64,000 nt of DNA, taken from contig NC_069005.1 of assembly GCF_001194135.2 (NCBI RefSeq), positions 11,070,026 through 11,134,025 of the forward strand. Direction: 5' to 3'. The stretch's first letter is position 1. Each line of letters starts with the position of its first letter. The notes beneath the pieces are model-generated. The model made no database searches. It saw only the letters and a list, made by a program, of their open reading frames with translations, and was not told the origin of the DNA. This document shows, piece after piece, positions 37,501 to 52,116 of this stretch. This DNA comes from Octopus bimaculoides (Eukaryota). Both the position numbers and the translations under genes were made by a program.

Positions 37501-40500
37501 AAAGTCCAATCAGCCAACACCACAGCAACAACCGACACCAGTCTTACAACAACAACCTACCTATGTGTCTGGAGTTACCCCAACTGGAAGTGGACAGCAG
37601 ACCTCTTCTGATGCTATCCTAAACTTCATCAAACAGAACCCAGACATTATTGCAAAACCTGCATCACCGAACCCACAACTGGCAGCAGTTCTGCAGCATG
37701 TCGGACACCGGAACCTTTCCCCTGGAGGACCTCCATTGCACCCTACAACATCTCAGTACCTGCAACAGAACTTGCTATCTGGCCAGCCTGGCTCTGTACA
37801 CACCTCTCAGCCAAGAATCCCTTCTCCTATTAGTAAGTTTCCTCTGGTTCTCTTGTATTTAAAAACTACACACATAAAAGCAAATGTTATGGTGGTGAAG
37901 ATTTTCGGTAATATTGCTGCTACTTTTCCAGTTCTCCAAAGAATTCTTGGAGAGAAGTAAGAATCTGTTGAAGATATTTATAGTTAAGAACTAATATGTT
38001 CACTAATACTGAAATGAATTTTTTTTTTTTTTTTTTTTTTTCCATTTAGTGAAAAACTGTTTCATTGTTTTATTTCTGAGCAATTTCAAATTTACGACAA
38101 TAAAGTTCTAACATTTTGAAGATCAAGAATTTTTTTTCCCTATTCTCTTCAACTTTCTACTTAGAGCAATTCTTGCAATTTCATAAATCTTTTTATCAAA
38201 ACCCCTACAATAATATAATCGGTGTTTTTTAGGAGTCTTAAAGTCGTTTGAATTGCAAAAATCAGTTCAGCGGAAAGTAATGTTGTTTAGCTTAAGCTTA
38301 ACCTTAAAGGAGCAGACTTATTATTAGAAATTCCCCCTTGTGACCTGTGTTCCCCTTATATTTTTTTAACCCTTTAGTATTCAGATTCTTCTGTCGAATG
38401 TAATGCTCATTTATTCACATTGTTTTGAATTAATCAGTTATCTTGAAGCTTTGAGATTTCAGTGATGTGATTTAGTTTTAGAATGACATTGTAGGTAGGT
38501 GTGAGAGGTCAGATCTGGCCAGCTTAAATATAAAATGGGTAAAATATTTGGGCCAGATATGGTTGGATTAAATCCTAAAGGGTTAAGATAGTGGGAGTGA
38601 TTTTCTATTCTTAAAAGATCGAATGACCACATAGGAGTTTCCTTATTGGTTTGGAGCCTAAAATATAATCTGTTACTGGGATAAGATCCTTGAATGAGGA
38701 TTCAGCAAATTCTGTTTTTCTCTCTCTAACTATATTTGTTTGGTGCTACTTATGCATATAGTCTATTGCAGTATCCATAGCACTACGTAACAAATTTTAA
38801 TTTTTTTTTTGTTTTTGGTCAGTGTTATTTTTTATTTGCTTCTATCTAGAAATCAAAGGAAATGACTACAACCCCCCTCAAACTTTGCTTTTCTGTCCTG
38901 GACATCAATGTTTTGAATCTGACCTATTTTCCATTACATTTCAGGCATTCAGCAACCGAGTTGCTGAAGCAGAAATATTGTTATATTTCTGCTTATATAT
39001 TCTGCTATATAGGCGGCAAGCTGGTAGAAACGTTAGCACGCCAGGCGAAATGCTTAGCGGTATTTCATCTGCAGTTATGCTCTGAGTTCAAATCCCACTG
39101 AGGTCGACTTTGCCTTTCATCCTTTCAGGGTCGATTAAATAAGTACCAGTTACGCACTGGAGATCAGTATATTCGATTTAATCCGTTTGTCCGTCCTTGT
39201 TTGTCCCCTCTATGTGTAGCCCCTTGTGGGCAGAAAAGAAAAAAATTATTATAGCAAATATTCTGCTCACTACCACAGATTAGCTTGTCAGTTGCTTGAC
39301 CTTAACCAGCTGAGCATGTCCCTTAATGGCTGACAATATGTGCATCCCTGATTATGAGCAGGAATTGTTGGGGAGCATTATAGCCATGTGTTCTTTGGAG
39401 TTTGAATAAATGTAACGAGCAAAGTTTAAAGAAATTATTAACCATTTTTCGTACTTTCTTGGTGTAAGCAAATAGGATATAACAGTTGCTATCTAAGGAC
39501 AAAAATTGTGTTACACAGGGTAGTCTATGCTGTGATATTACTTGATCTGGGATGCTAAAGTGTAAATGGCCTGTTAGACTGCATGCTAAAGTGGCAGCAT
39601 TTGTTCTTTATATTTCAATGTGTCCTTTTACAATGTACTGGACTGGAAAAATGTGTTGATAATTTTTGTTTTCTCACTTTTGATTTAAAATTTAACTAAT
39701 GTGCAATTTTTTTTTTTTATTGCAGTGTTTAGTCAACAACCACCTGTACACTTAAGTGCACCTGCACCTGTCCATCCTGGGCCTCTGGTGCAAAGCAGTC
39801 TTGGTCAGCCTATTAGTAATTTGACGGTAATAATCACATTCATCTTTTTTTTTTTTTTTTTAATTGCTTGGCTGCAGGTCACAGCCTTCATTGAGATCTG
39901 TTTAACTTCCCACCTATTGCTGGAATTCATTTTATGAGTGAGTGATCTTGGAGCTATATGAACTGTTCTTTTGCTCAAAAACTCAACACCCTGCCTAGTC
40001 GACCTGTTGAGGCAAGTGAAATCGAAATCAAGTTAAATTCGACGACTGGCACCCATGCCAACGTCGTCTCCTTCATTGGACACGAAACNNNNNNNNNNNN
40101 NNNNNNNNNNNNNNNNNNNNNNNNNNNNNNNNNNNNNNNNNNNNNNNNNNNNNNNNNNNNNNNNNNNNNNNNNNNNNNNNNNNNNNNNNNNNNNNNNNNN
40201 NNNNNNNNNNNNNNNNNNNNNNNNNNNNNNNNNNNNNNNNNNNNNNNNNNNNNNNNNNNNNNNNNNNNNNNNNNNNNNNTCGTGATGGCACCTGTGCCCA
40301 GCGTCGCCTTTCTGGCACTTGTGCCCGCGGCATGTATAAGGACTTTCTAGTGAGATCGTTGCCCCTGGACTGGCTCTTGTGCGGGTGGCACATAAAATAC
40401 ACCATTTTGAGCGTGGCCGTTGCTAGTACCGCCTGACTGGCCTTCGTGCCGGTGGCACGTAAAAAGCACCCACTACACTCTTGGAGCGGTTGGCATTAGG

Positions 40501-43500
40501 AAGGGCATCCAGCTGTAGAAACTCTGCCAGATCAGATTGGAGCCTGGTGTAGCCATCTGGTTCACCAGTCCTCAGTCAAATTGTCCAACCCATGCCAGCA
40601 TGGAAAGCAGACGTTAAACGATGATGATGATGATGATCCTACATGTATGAGTGCAGCCACTATCCACTAGGCCATGCACCTTCACTATTAGTAATATAAA
40701 GCAAGACAGTTTCTGAGCATTTAGATTGCCATGGACTTAATAAATTCTTCACTGTTTGCTACATTTGCTAATAAACTCTAAAACCATTTCTGAAGGTCAC
40801 CTGGAAATGATGATGAAAATGATAATGAAAATTTTAGGTGTTTATGTCGTTAATCATTAAAATTGGTGTTTGCTTAATGAATTGATGAAAAATGTTATCG
40901 TTCTCCATTCTTCAGAGTGCAACCAACATACGACCTCACAGTGTGCTTCCGCGCGTGAACAGCCCCAAGGATATGATGTCCTTTAAGAAGGATATGGAAG
41001 AACATGAACGATTTCTTAGAAAGCAACAAGAAAGGTCTTTGTTTTTATTTTTATGCACCGTATAGAGTATGGCTTTTAATCCTTTGGCATTCAGGTTGGT
41101 CAGTCGAATACAATGCTTATTTATCCATATTGCTTTGGATTAATCATGCATTCTTGTAACTCCAAGATTTTGATGATAGTTTTTAGAATATTGCAGGGTA
41201 GGTGTGAGCGGTCAGATCCGTCCACTTTGATCATAAAAGCAGACTAAAGAGTTAAGCATTTGCTGTAGAAACTCTGCCGGATCAGATTGGAGCCTGATGC
41301 TGCCATTTGGCTCACTAGTCCCCGGTCAAACCGTCCAATCAATGCCATCATGGAAAGCAGACATTAAATGATGTTTTAGTAGATGGTAATGGCTTTGTCT
41401 GATGACTGGTTGAAGCCAGAGGCTAATAACTGTAACTGGGTTATATTTATTTTATCAACAGCTCTGTGCTGAATCTCATAAAAAAACATTTGAATGTCCA
41501 GTGGCTCAGTCCACACGGACTTAAACAAGCGGCATAAGATGGTATATCATCACTGCGAGAGGCTGAGGAAATATTAAGCTCTTGATTCTCAGCTTGCAGA
41601 GCTGAATACTTTCTCCCAGGTTCTTTGAGAGTATTTGTTTTCAGTTATTAATTGAAGAGGAAGTCATTGGTGATGGGTGAATATCGACTATTTAACTGGT
41701 TTAACATTTGTTTCGTCTAATTCAAACTTTTCTTGCAATTTCAATGAAATGCTCGTCTATTCGAAGGGCAAATTTTTCAACTATATTCCTACTTGTATAT
41801 CATGTCAACTTGGTTCCTTAATGAATTTGACATTTCTGCAGGTTAGGGAGATATGTGCAAGTCAATGATGCTTGTGTGTGGAGGGAGCACAATTCTTGAA
41901 GGATTGTGTAATGTTATTTTGGTGGTGTGCTGTTTGAGAAATAACTCTTGTCGAGTATGCATATTTGGTAACTGAAGATAGGGAGTTTCTTGAAGGAAGA
42001 ATCTTTCTCTTCTTCTGAATTTAATGACTGTAACCATTTGTTTTACAGATCCAAGTCTCCTGTCTCTATTAGCCGAGGAATTCCAACACCAGTCAATATG
42101 GGTCCCAAAGTAAGTAAAAATTAATAGATGTGCTTTTGCATTGATGACTCACTGTAATAGCGTACATCATTGTCAATCCTAACACACTTGATATATGAAC
42201 TGAAGAAGTTTCCATGTTGTCAGTCGACTTAGAAGTAGCTATCAAATCTCTTGGTCCTTCTAATATAGTAAATGCAAAAACTAATTTGTGTATGCCAGTT
42301 GAGCACNNNNNNNNNNNNNNNNNNNNNNNNNNNNNNNNNNNNNNNNNNNNNNNNNNNNNNNNNNNNNNNNNNNNNNNNNNNNNNNNNNNNNNNNNNNNNN
42401 NNNNNNNNNNNNNNNNNNNNNNNNNNNNNNNNNNNNNNNNNNNNNNNNNNNNNNNNNNNNNNNNNNNNNNNNNNNNNNNNNNNNNNNNNNNNNNNNNNNN
42501 NNNNNNNNNNNNNNNNNNNNNNNNNNNNNNNNNNNNNNNNNNNNNNNNNNNNNNNNNNNNNNNNNNNNNNNNNNNNNNNNNNNNNNNNNNNNNNNNNNNN
42601 NNNNNNNNNNNNNNNNNNNNNNNNNNNNNNNNNNNNNNNNNNNNNNNNNNNNNNNNNNNNNNNNNNNNNNNNNNNNNNNNNNNNNNNNNNNNNNNNNNNN
42701 NNNNNNNNNNNNNNNNNNNNNNNNNNNNNNNNNNNNNNNNNNNNNNNNNNNNNNNNNNNNNNNNNNNNNNNNNNNNNNNNNNNNNNNNNNNNNNNNNNNN
42801 NNNNNNNNNNNNNNNNNNNNNNNNNNNNNNNNNNNNNNNNNNNNNNNNNNNNNNNNNNNNNNNNNNNNNNNNNNNTATATATGAAATTTTGAATTTAGTT
42901 CATGGACTCCCAGTACTACCTTTTGTGGACCACAGGTTGGAAACCACTGGACTAACCCTTTGACTCCAAATTTAAGGCCTTGTACCTATAGTAAAAAAAA
43001 AAATATCTGATCACAATGTATTGCACTCAATAAAAACATGTGTATCCTGTGATGATCCACATAGCACATTGTAAACAATTTTTAATACAACAGATGCATG
43101 CTTCACATCACACACACATACACACACATGCTTTTGTTTTGAGAATGTGCATCACATAATACATGTTTTTATTGTGTGATACATCCTATGATCACATATT
43201 ACTCACCAACTAAACCAAATTAATCTCCTTCCTTCCCATGTATCACATATGAAGCACACGCACATACATTCCCCTATTTATGTTCTTAGTAGAATGTCTA
43301 TTGTATATGCTTCGTACATTGCCATGGAAATGTCCGGTATATCACATGATACACTGGACAGGTAAAGGGTTGATGACACAAGTATAATAAAACACTGCAA
43401 AGCATTTTTGCCCGGTATTTCACCAATTCGACCATCTACTATACTTTTTTTAGACTTCGGTATCGGTGGCTTTTACACCAACATCAGTGATTAGGAAGAT

Positions 43501-46500
43501 GCATTCAGAAAAGGCTGTGGAGAAAGAACGCCAGGCCAAGCAGGATGGATGTAGTTTAAACAGTATGTTATTTCTTTTTTCCTTTTTATTTTCTGAATTT
43601 TGTTCTTTGCTCTAATAGCATATTTTTTACAAGTTTACTTTACAAACTTGAATATTTGGACTTGATCATTAACCCTTTAGCATTTAGAGCAGCTATATCT
43701 GGCCCAAATATTCTTGTTTTATGTTCAAACCAGCCAAATTACCCTACAGTGTCGTTCTAAAAATAAACAACCTCATCATTGAAATCTTGGAGCTTCAAGA
43801 TAATGCTTAATTAATTTGACAGAAAAATCTGAATACTAAAGGTTAAGCTTTTGATATACAGTGTGTCCACAAGGTCTGGGTACATGTAGTAAATAAAATC
43901 ATAACATAAACAATTAAAGATAAGAAATAATAATTTCTTAAAGTATGTGTTAATCCCCATGTACCCAGACTTTGTGGACACCCTGTATAAAAGCTAGTTG
44001 TTACTAGCTGAAGAATAGTAATGGTGTTAGCTAGTTTGACAATTCAACAGGTTTTTATTGTCATCCAGTGCAGTAATGTCTATAGACTAGTCCAGATAGC
44101 TGTGTATGAGTTCAATGTAAAGATTTGGTTTAAAAAGAAAAGCAACAAAAATTCTTTATCCTTGGGGAAGTCTTGAGTAGACATGATAATAAATGCATGA
44201 ATTGTTAAATCCATTGTCTTGGGACATTTCACCCGAATTACGTTTCCCCTTGACAGTAATAGTATATATCTTAACCCTGCAGCATTCAGATTGCTCTGGC
44301 AAATGTAATGTTTATTTATTCGTTGTTTTGAATTAATCATGCATTTTCTTGTTTTGATGAAATGACATTGTAGGATAGGACAGACCTGGCCAATTTAAAC
44401 ATTGAGTAAAATATTTGGGCTGAATGTGACCAGTTAAAAGTTAGACACAGCTCATGTTGAGCCAACAAAAGAGTCTCTCTGAAGCTGTTCAGCTTACTAG
44501 AACTAGCAGCCGAATCTTCCTCAGATCACATGCTGTCATTTTAAAGAATATACTGGACAATGTAGTCTATGAAAAGAGACAGTAAGGGTGGTCATTGCTG
44601 GAGCATTTTTTTAAAATCACATCTGCTCTGTTAAGGCTAGCCTTACGCTAGATCCCAATACAACATGGTATCTATGACTAAATCTGATTTTGTTTCTTCA
44701 GTAGATTTGTACTATTGCCATCTTAACCTCTTAATTTTTTTTTTTCTCTTTTTTAGGTTATTCAGCTCAAAAAACCCTCATGAAAAACCAAATGTACATA
44801 GACAGTGTCCTCAAAGATTCCTACAGCAACAATGTCTGTTCAGACAGCTCTCGAAGCAGTCCTCTGTCACTCATCTGTGACAAAAAAGACATTGGTCAGG
44901 GTCCCTCAGTGAATGGCCACCCTCTGCCAAGGAGCCAGGACGGATTGCCGAACCAACATTCTGGACAAACACCTTTCCTCTCTCAATCACATCCCAATCT
45001 CCCAATAGACTCTAGCATCATTGGTGGCAGCCTGAACATAAGTGGCTCTTGCAATTCTTCGGCAACACCGTCACCTTCGTCAGCCAAGTCCTCAAAACTG
45101 ACCCCTCACAAGGGCCCTATGTCTACTGCTGGATGTGGTGAGATCCTTGCTGCTCAACTCTTCAACCATGAACAACAGGTAGGAACGGTTTTACTGTCTC
45201 TTGATCCACCACCACTTTCACTGTCATCTCACTTAATCTGCCTCCATCACCAACACTTGTATCTTTTAATCAAGCACCACCACTACTCATTCAGCACCAG
45301 CACCACTCCTCGCATCTCTTAATCCAGCACCACCACCACCACCACTCATATCTTTTAATCAAGCACCACTCCTCGCATCTCTTAATCCAGCACCACCACC
45401 ACCACTCATCTTTTAATCAAGCACCACCACTCGCATCTCTTAATCCGGCACCACCACTCGCATCTCTTAATCCGGCACCACCACTCGCATCTCTTAATCC
45501 GGCACCACCGCTCGCACCTCTTAATCCGGCACCACCCCTCGCATCTCTTAATCCAGCACCACCGCTCGCATCTCTTAATCCGGCACTACTCATATTTCTC
45601 GATCCAGCAGCACTTCCACATTTCTTTTGTTTTTTAAATATTTTCATCTGAAGCAGTTTTTAATGAATTGGGTTGAGTCAATGGCATTCTCAACATGTGA
45701 GTGCAAATGAGCTGAGACAGGTATGGGTGGGTTGGAAACTAGATGTAAGAATCAGATCTTGTCTATAAGAAGACTACACTGGTACAGGCATTACATGCAT
45801 ATGCATAGAGGATGTCAATCCCATGAAGTGTTGAATACTCAAAGTAGATGGAACCTGTTGTCATGACGATAACCTGAGATGAAGTGTTGAAGGTTGATCT
45901 CTAGATTTTTGAACTTCATAAAAGAATTGACAAAGAACTGCAATGAGTGGTGACATGTTGAAGACTCCTCCACTTGTGCAAGCGTAGCAGTATGGATGTT
46001 GAAGTGATGGTGGTGGTGGTAGAAGTTGGGATGTTGCTCATTGTGTTCCATTTATCTGAATTTACTGCTCTTCTCAATCACAAGTTCTGGGTTGAGTCTC
46101 TTTGAATAGCACCTTGAGCAAGTGTCTTCTACTGTAGCGCCAAGCCAACTAAGTCCCTGTCACTGGATTTGGTAGATAGAAACTGAAAGAAAAGGGAAGA
46201 GGTGGCGAGCTGGCAGAAACATTAGCACGCCGGGCGAAATGCTTAGCAGTATTTCGTCTGCCGCTACGTTCTGAGTTCAAATTCCGCCAAGGTCGACTTA
46301 GCCTTTCATCCTTTCGGGGTTGATTAAATAAGTACCAATTACGCTCTGGGTTCGATGTAATCGACTTAATCCCTTTGTCTGTCCTTGTTTGTCCCCTCTA
46401 TGTTTAGCCCCTTGTGGGCAATAAAGAAATAAGAAACTAAAAAAAAAACCATTGTGTGTCTGTGTCCCCCTCCTTGTCACACAGTGTTATGGCTATAAAT

Positions 46501-47035
46501 GAGTAAAGGCGAAGTTACCTTCTTCAGTCATGTTGACTCTTAAGGGCTGGTTTCCATGGTGTATAAAGTCTCCACCTGGATATGACACTGGTCTGTCACT
46601 GGATTACTCATTTTTGCCAACCAAGTGGACTGGAGCAACATGAAATGAAGTATTTTGCTCCCAGGAATTGAGACTACGATCATGAGTCCAATACCTTAAC
46701 CACTAAGCCATGCACTTTCACAAATGAGTGTGACTGTAATAAAGGTAGTGTCATTCATTTCCAATATTCTGCTAAAACATGTCTCGCCATGGGGGAAATA
46801 TTACCTTGCTTGGAAACAGGTGAGGGTTTGTGACAGGAATGTCACCCAGCTGTAGAAAATCTGCCTCAATAAAACTCTGAGCCATGCAGTCGTGGGTCAT
46901 CTATGATTGCATGATAACAATGATGATGACAGTGCTTTTTTTAACATGGCACCTTGGGCAAGTGTCTTCTATGACCTCTGTCCGACCAAAGCCTTGTGAG
47001 TGGATTTAGTAGACAGAAACTGAAAGAAGCCTGTC

Positions 47036-47077
<42 letters not shown>

Positions 47078-47488
47078 NNNNNNNNNNNNNNNNNNNNNNN
47101 NNNNNNNNNNNNNNNNNNNNNNNNNNNNNNNNNNNNNNNNNNNNNNNNNNNNNNNNNNNNNNNNNNNNNNNNNNNNNNNNNNNNNNNNNNNNNNNNNNNN
47201 NNNNNNNNNNNNNNNNNNNNNNNNNNNNNNNNNNNNNNNNNNNNNNNNNNNNNNNNNNNNNNNNNNTGTATCTAGATTTGAAAAACTTGTAATTGTTTAA
47301 AATTAATTTATTTACATATATATCAAACTAGTTTCAACAATATTTTTTGTTCATCAATGGTAAAAATTTAGAATTATGAATTTTAAATTTATTTTAAACA
47401 ATTATAAGTTTTTCAAATTTAAGTGCATCTTCAACAACAAATTTGCCTATATTTTTTCCTGTGTGGAAATACACTCCCCTCCTCTTGT

Positions 47489-47527
<39 letters not shown>

Positions 47528-49765
47528 ACATCCCCATAACTTAGCATTTTGGCAAAAGAGACCAATAGAATAAGTACTAGGCTTACAAAGAATAAATTCT
47601 GGGGTCAGTTTGTTTGACTAAAGGCAGTGCTCCAGCATGGCTGTAGTTAAATGACTGAAACAAGTAAAAGAAAAGAATATAAGATTCCTGTAGATGCATT
47701 TGCCCAGTTATAATAATTTTTGCAGTCTAACTATTTTTTTAATCTGTATTAAACTGCTCTCATCTGGGATTTCTTTTTTATTGTTTCAGAATCCTAGTCC
47801 CTCTCAAACTCTATCTAGCAGTCCGTGTGACCAGTCTAAGTCACTACGGGCACTTATGGGTCAAGGTATGATGCAGAATCTCACTTCGCAACTCCTCCAG
47901 TCTGGTATTTCAAACACAGCGACCAGTGCAGCCCAGCAACAACTCTCATCAAGCTTGGCTGGACGACCAATTGTTAAAGGTAACACTTCAATAAATTCAT
48001 TGATTCATACTCGAGAAACAGGTATTAAGAACTTCAAGTATTTACTCTTCGCTTCTATTTGGGGTTAGCTGTACCCATAATCCCTTTTACAGGGAGTCTG
48101 TGATTGGAGGAAAAGNNNNNNNNNNNNNNNNNNNNNNNNNNNNNNNNNNNNNNNNNNNNNNNNNNNNNNNNNNNNNNNNNNNNNNNNNNNNNNNNNNNNN
48201 NNNNNNNNNNNNNNNNNNNNNNNNNNNNNNNNNNNNNNNNNNNNNNNNNNNNNNNNNNNNNNNNNNNNNNNNNNNNNNNNNNNNNNNNNNNNNNNNNNNN
48301 NNNNNNNNNNNNNNNNNNNNNNNNNNNNNNNNNNNNNNNNNNNNNNNNNNNNNNNNNNNNNNNNNNNNNNNNNNNTTTTTTTTTTTTTTTTTTTTCAATA
48401 TTGCTTAGGTGCCAAGTGTAGCTGTGTGGTAAAATGCTTGCTTCACAGTTATGTGGTTCTGGGTTCTGACCTACCTTGTGGCACCTTGGGCAAGTGTCTT
48501 TTGCTGTAACCTCGGGCTGACGAAAGCCTTGTAAGTAGAGCTGGTCGACAGAAGCTGAAAGATGTCCTCTGTGTGTGTGTGTGTGCATACATTGGTTGGA
48601 TGTTTGACGGGAGCTGGTGTGTCAGAGGGTTGCACCAGATTCCAATGTCAGCTTTGGCATGGTTTCTACAATTAGATGCTCTTCTTAATGCCATCTGCTT
48701 TACAAGTTATGTCTTCTACTGTGTGCTGACTCTAGTGAGGTCACTAAGTAACTCATAAGACAAGACCTCCCTCCTCAACTGAGGGAGGAGTAGAATTGAA
48801 GGAGGTGGCTTCATTCCGGGTGGTGAGGGATAAGATGGAGTGCCTTGTAGGGGAGATATGTAGCTGTCCCAGTTGGGAAAGAAAGAGGATAGTGAAGGTG
48901 TCACGTTATCAAGTTGCAGGGAGGTGAATATAAGCGAAGTGCTATGAGTGGGTAAATAAGTTTATGGGAATATAAAGCCCAGTGGCAGATGGATGGGGGT
49001 AGAGGGAAATGCAGTGGAGGCAGGATGAGTCATGGACATCATTTGGTAGGGAAGACAGGTAGTAAGTATAGGACAGGCAGGTAGTGGTAGGTGACAGCAA
49101 AGATGGAAAGGACGTACAATGCCAGGGACAAAGTCGCAGGAAAGCTACTCAATGCCAGTGGATATTAAAATGTTGTGGGCAGTGTTTTAGTGTTGGGTAA
49201 TTATAGCTACCCTTTAATTGATTTCTGATTTTCAAAGCCTGGCGTTTATAATGAAATTCGTAGTTAGTCATTGAAAAAAAAGAAAAAAGGTATAGAGAAA
49301 AAATGTTACCCAATATTCCATATGCTATTATTTATAACTTTATCTACATCAAACTCCACCATTAAAAGCAAATTATTTCGCACTTTCTCGAAGTTTCTAA
49401 ATTGTGATGTAAACATACAATTCTTGTTGCTAAGAGTGAAGCTTCTAAAATGGGTAGATTTGAAGGATTGCTTTGGTACAATGGCAGAACGTCTGTCATA
49501 TTTACAAATGTAGGACCAAGCCCCACAGGTTGTCTTTAACTTTACTATCCAAAGGGTTTTTAACCCAATATTTACACACTTGGAGTTCCACTGTTTATAA
49601 TGTATAAAGAATGTTATATATGGATATTATGTATACCTGTACACATACATTATCTTTTTGTTTGGTAAGTAGAGATGTCTGTCTGGTTGTTTGTCTTTCT
49701 GTTAACTTGTTTTTATTTCATGTAATGTATATGTTCATGCATGTGTATTCATACTTATATATATG

Positions 49766-49816
<51 letters not shown>

Positions 49817-51142
49817 AAAAAGCATCCGGTTCACACTAACCTTGCCCATGCTAGTGCCATGTAAAAAGCACTGAGTCTGCTCTGCAGAGTGGTTGGTGTT
49901 AGGGAGGGCATCCAGCTTTGGTAGCGTAGGGTAGTTTTTTACCTGGTTGGCTCCTGTCATCTGTCCTACCCATGCATGCATGGAAGACGGATGTTAAACA
50001 ATGACACACACAAACACATGAATTTACACTTCCCCCTCTGTCAACACTTGTTTCCACATAGGCTCTTGCTGAGACCCCCTTTGGTCATGACTGACCATGG
50101 GATTGCACCTAGACTAGAAAGTTACCCTCCCAGGCACAAGTCCGGGCAAGGTTGTTTATGGAAGACCAGCAGTCGCCCATGCATACCAGCCTCCCCCTCT
50201 CCATGCCACTGATGTTATCCAAGGGAAAGGCAAAGGCTGATACAACTTGGCACTAGTGACGTTGCAACTCATTTCTACAGCTGAGTGAACTGGAGTGACG
50301 TGAAATAAAGTGTCTTACTCAAGAACACAACACGTGGCCCGGTCCAGGATTCGAACTCACAACCTCACGATCGTAAGCTCAACACTTTAACCACTGNNNN
50401 NNNNNNNNNNNNNNNNNNNNNNNNNNNNNNNNNNNNNNNNNNNNNNNNNNNNNNNNNNNNNNNNNNNNNNNNNNNNNNNNNNNNNNNNNNNNNNNNNNNN
50501 NNNNNNNNNNNNNNNNNNNNNNNNNNNNNNNNNNNNNNNNNNNNNNNNNNNNNNNNNNNNNNNNNNNNNNNNNNNNNNNNNNNNNNNNNNNNNNNNNNNN
50601 NNNNNNNNNNNNNNNNNNNNNNNNNNNNNNNNNNNNNNNNNNNNNNNNNNNNNNNNNNNNNNNNNNNNNNNNNNNNNNNNNNNNNNNNNNNNNNNNNNNN
50701 NNNNNNNNNNNNNNNNNNNNNNNNNNNNNNNNNNNNNNNNNNNNNNNNNNNNNNNNNNNNNNNNNNNNNNNNNNNNNNNNNNNNNNNNNNNNNNNNNNNN
50801 NNNNNNNNNNNNNNNNNNNNNNNNNNNNNNNNNNNNNNNNNNNNNNNNNNNNNNNNNNNNNNNNNNNNNNNNNNNNNNNNNNNNNNNNNNNNNNNNNNNN
50901 NNNNNNNNNNNNNNNNNNNNNNNNNNNNNNNNNNNNNNNNNNNNNNNNNNNNNNNNNNNNNNNNNNNNNNNNNNNNNNNNNNNNNNNNNNNNNNNNNNNN
51001 NNNNNNNNNNNNNNNNNNNNNNNNNNNNNNNNNNNNNNNNNNNNNNNNNNNNNNNNNNNNNNNNNNNNNNNNNNNNNNNNNNNNNNNNNNNNNNNNNNNN
51101 NNNNNNNNNNNNNNNNNNNNNNNNNNNNNNNNNNNNNNNNNN

Positions 51143-51192
<50 letters not shown>

Positions 51193-52071
51193 AAAAAATA
51201 CACACACACACATGAACATATACGTACACATTTTTGTATGTCCTCTGGACATGTATTTTCCTGTCTATAGGACAGCTTATATATTCATGCATAGAAATGT
51301 ATATTTATAAATATATGTACAACTTTATCTTCACAACCACACATAGCTACCTGTCTGTATGCACATGCGTGCCAAATAGAATGTACTGTCCACTCTGTCG
51401 GGTGGTTTGTGTTAGGAAGGGTATCTACCCATAAAAACCATGCCAAACAGTCTTCTGCCTGGCCAGCCTCCACTCAAACTGTCCAACCCATGCCAGCATG
51501 GACAGTAGATGTTAAACAATGATGGTGACCTCTATGCATATCTGTAAATGCATAGCTATGCCAAAACCTTTATACATTCGCATGCATTCATATGTATAAA
51601 TGCAGAAAAACAAGTACATATGCACATAACCTCTTCATGTCTGCTTCCTATGTGGCATGGGCTGGACAGGAGTCTTTGTCAGTGTTTTATGACCGGATGC
51701 CTTTGATAACATACTCAGAGCCATTCCTTATGCTATACACAGATACAGCGACTAAAAAAAGAAAAAAATCAAGACAAATATGGTGTACATGTTTGTTCAT
51801 TCCTTATAACTTGGGTTGTTTGACACTGTACATCTGTTTACCTGTTTGTGTTTATATGTCTATGTAGCTGTTTGCTTATTTATGTCTATATATGTCTGTT
51901 TATATATGTGTACATCTTTCTGTTCAGTTTTGACACTTTTTTTCAGTTTCTTTACCCAATGAGTGGAGCCTGGAGTTCACTATACTAACCGAAGTATCGG
52001 AGGAACACATGCTACTTGCATTAAATGTCAACATTAACATTGTTTTTGCTGTACATGACACATGATTAACT

Positions 52072-52116
<45 letters not shown>

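Noticed and set aside
45131-45143. Internal donor G|GTGAGA in exon w18
   Set aside because: Phase 1, out of frame with w19; works only with simultaneous w19 skipping, for which there is no evidence.
45417-45647. Minus ORF with SGGAGLRDA repeats, and a CRISPR-like look of the 27-bp array
   Set aside because: Head-to-tail minisatellite with no unique spacers, no cas genes and no splice or start support.
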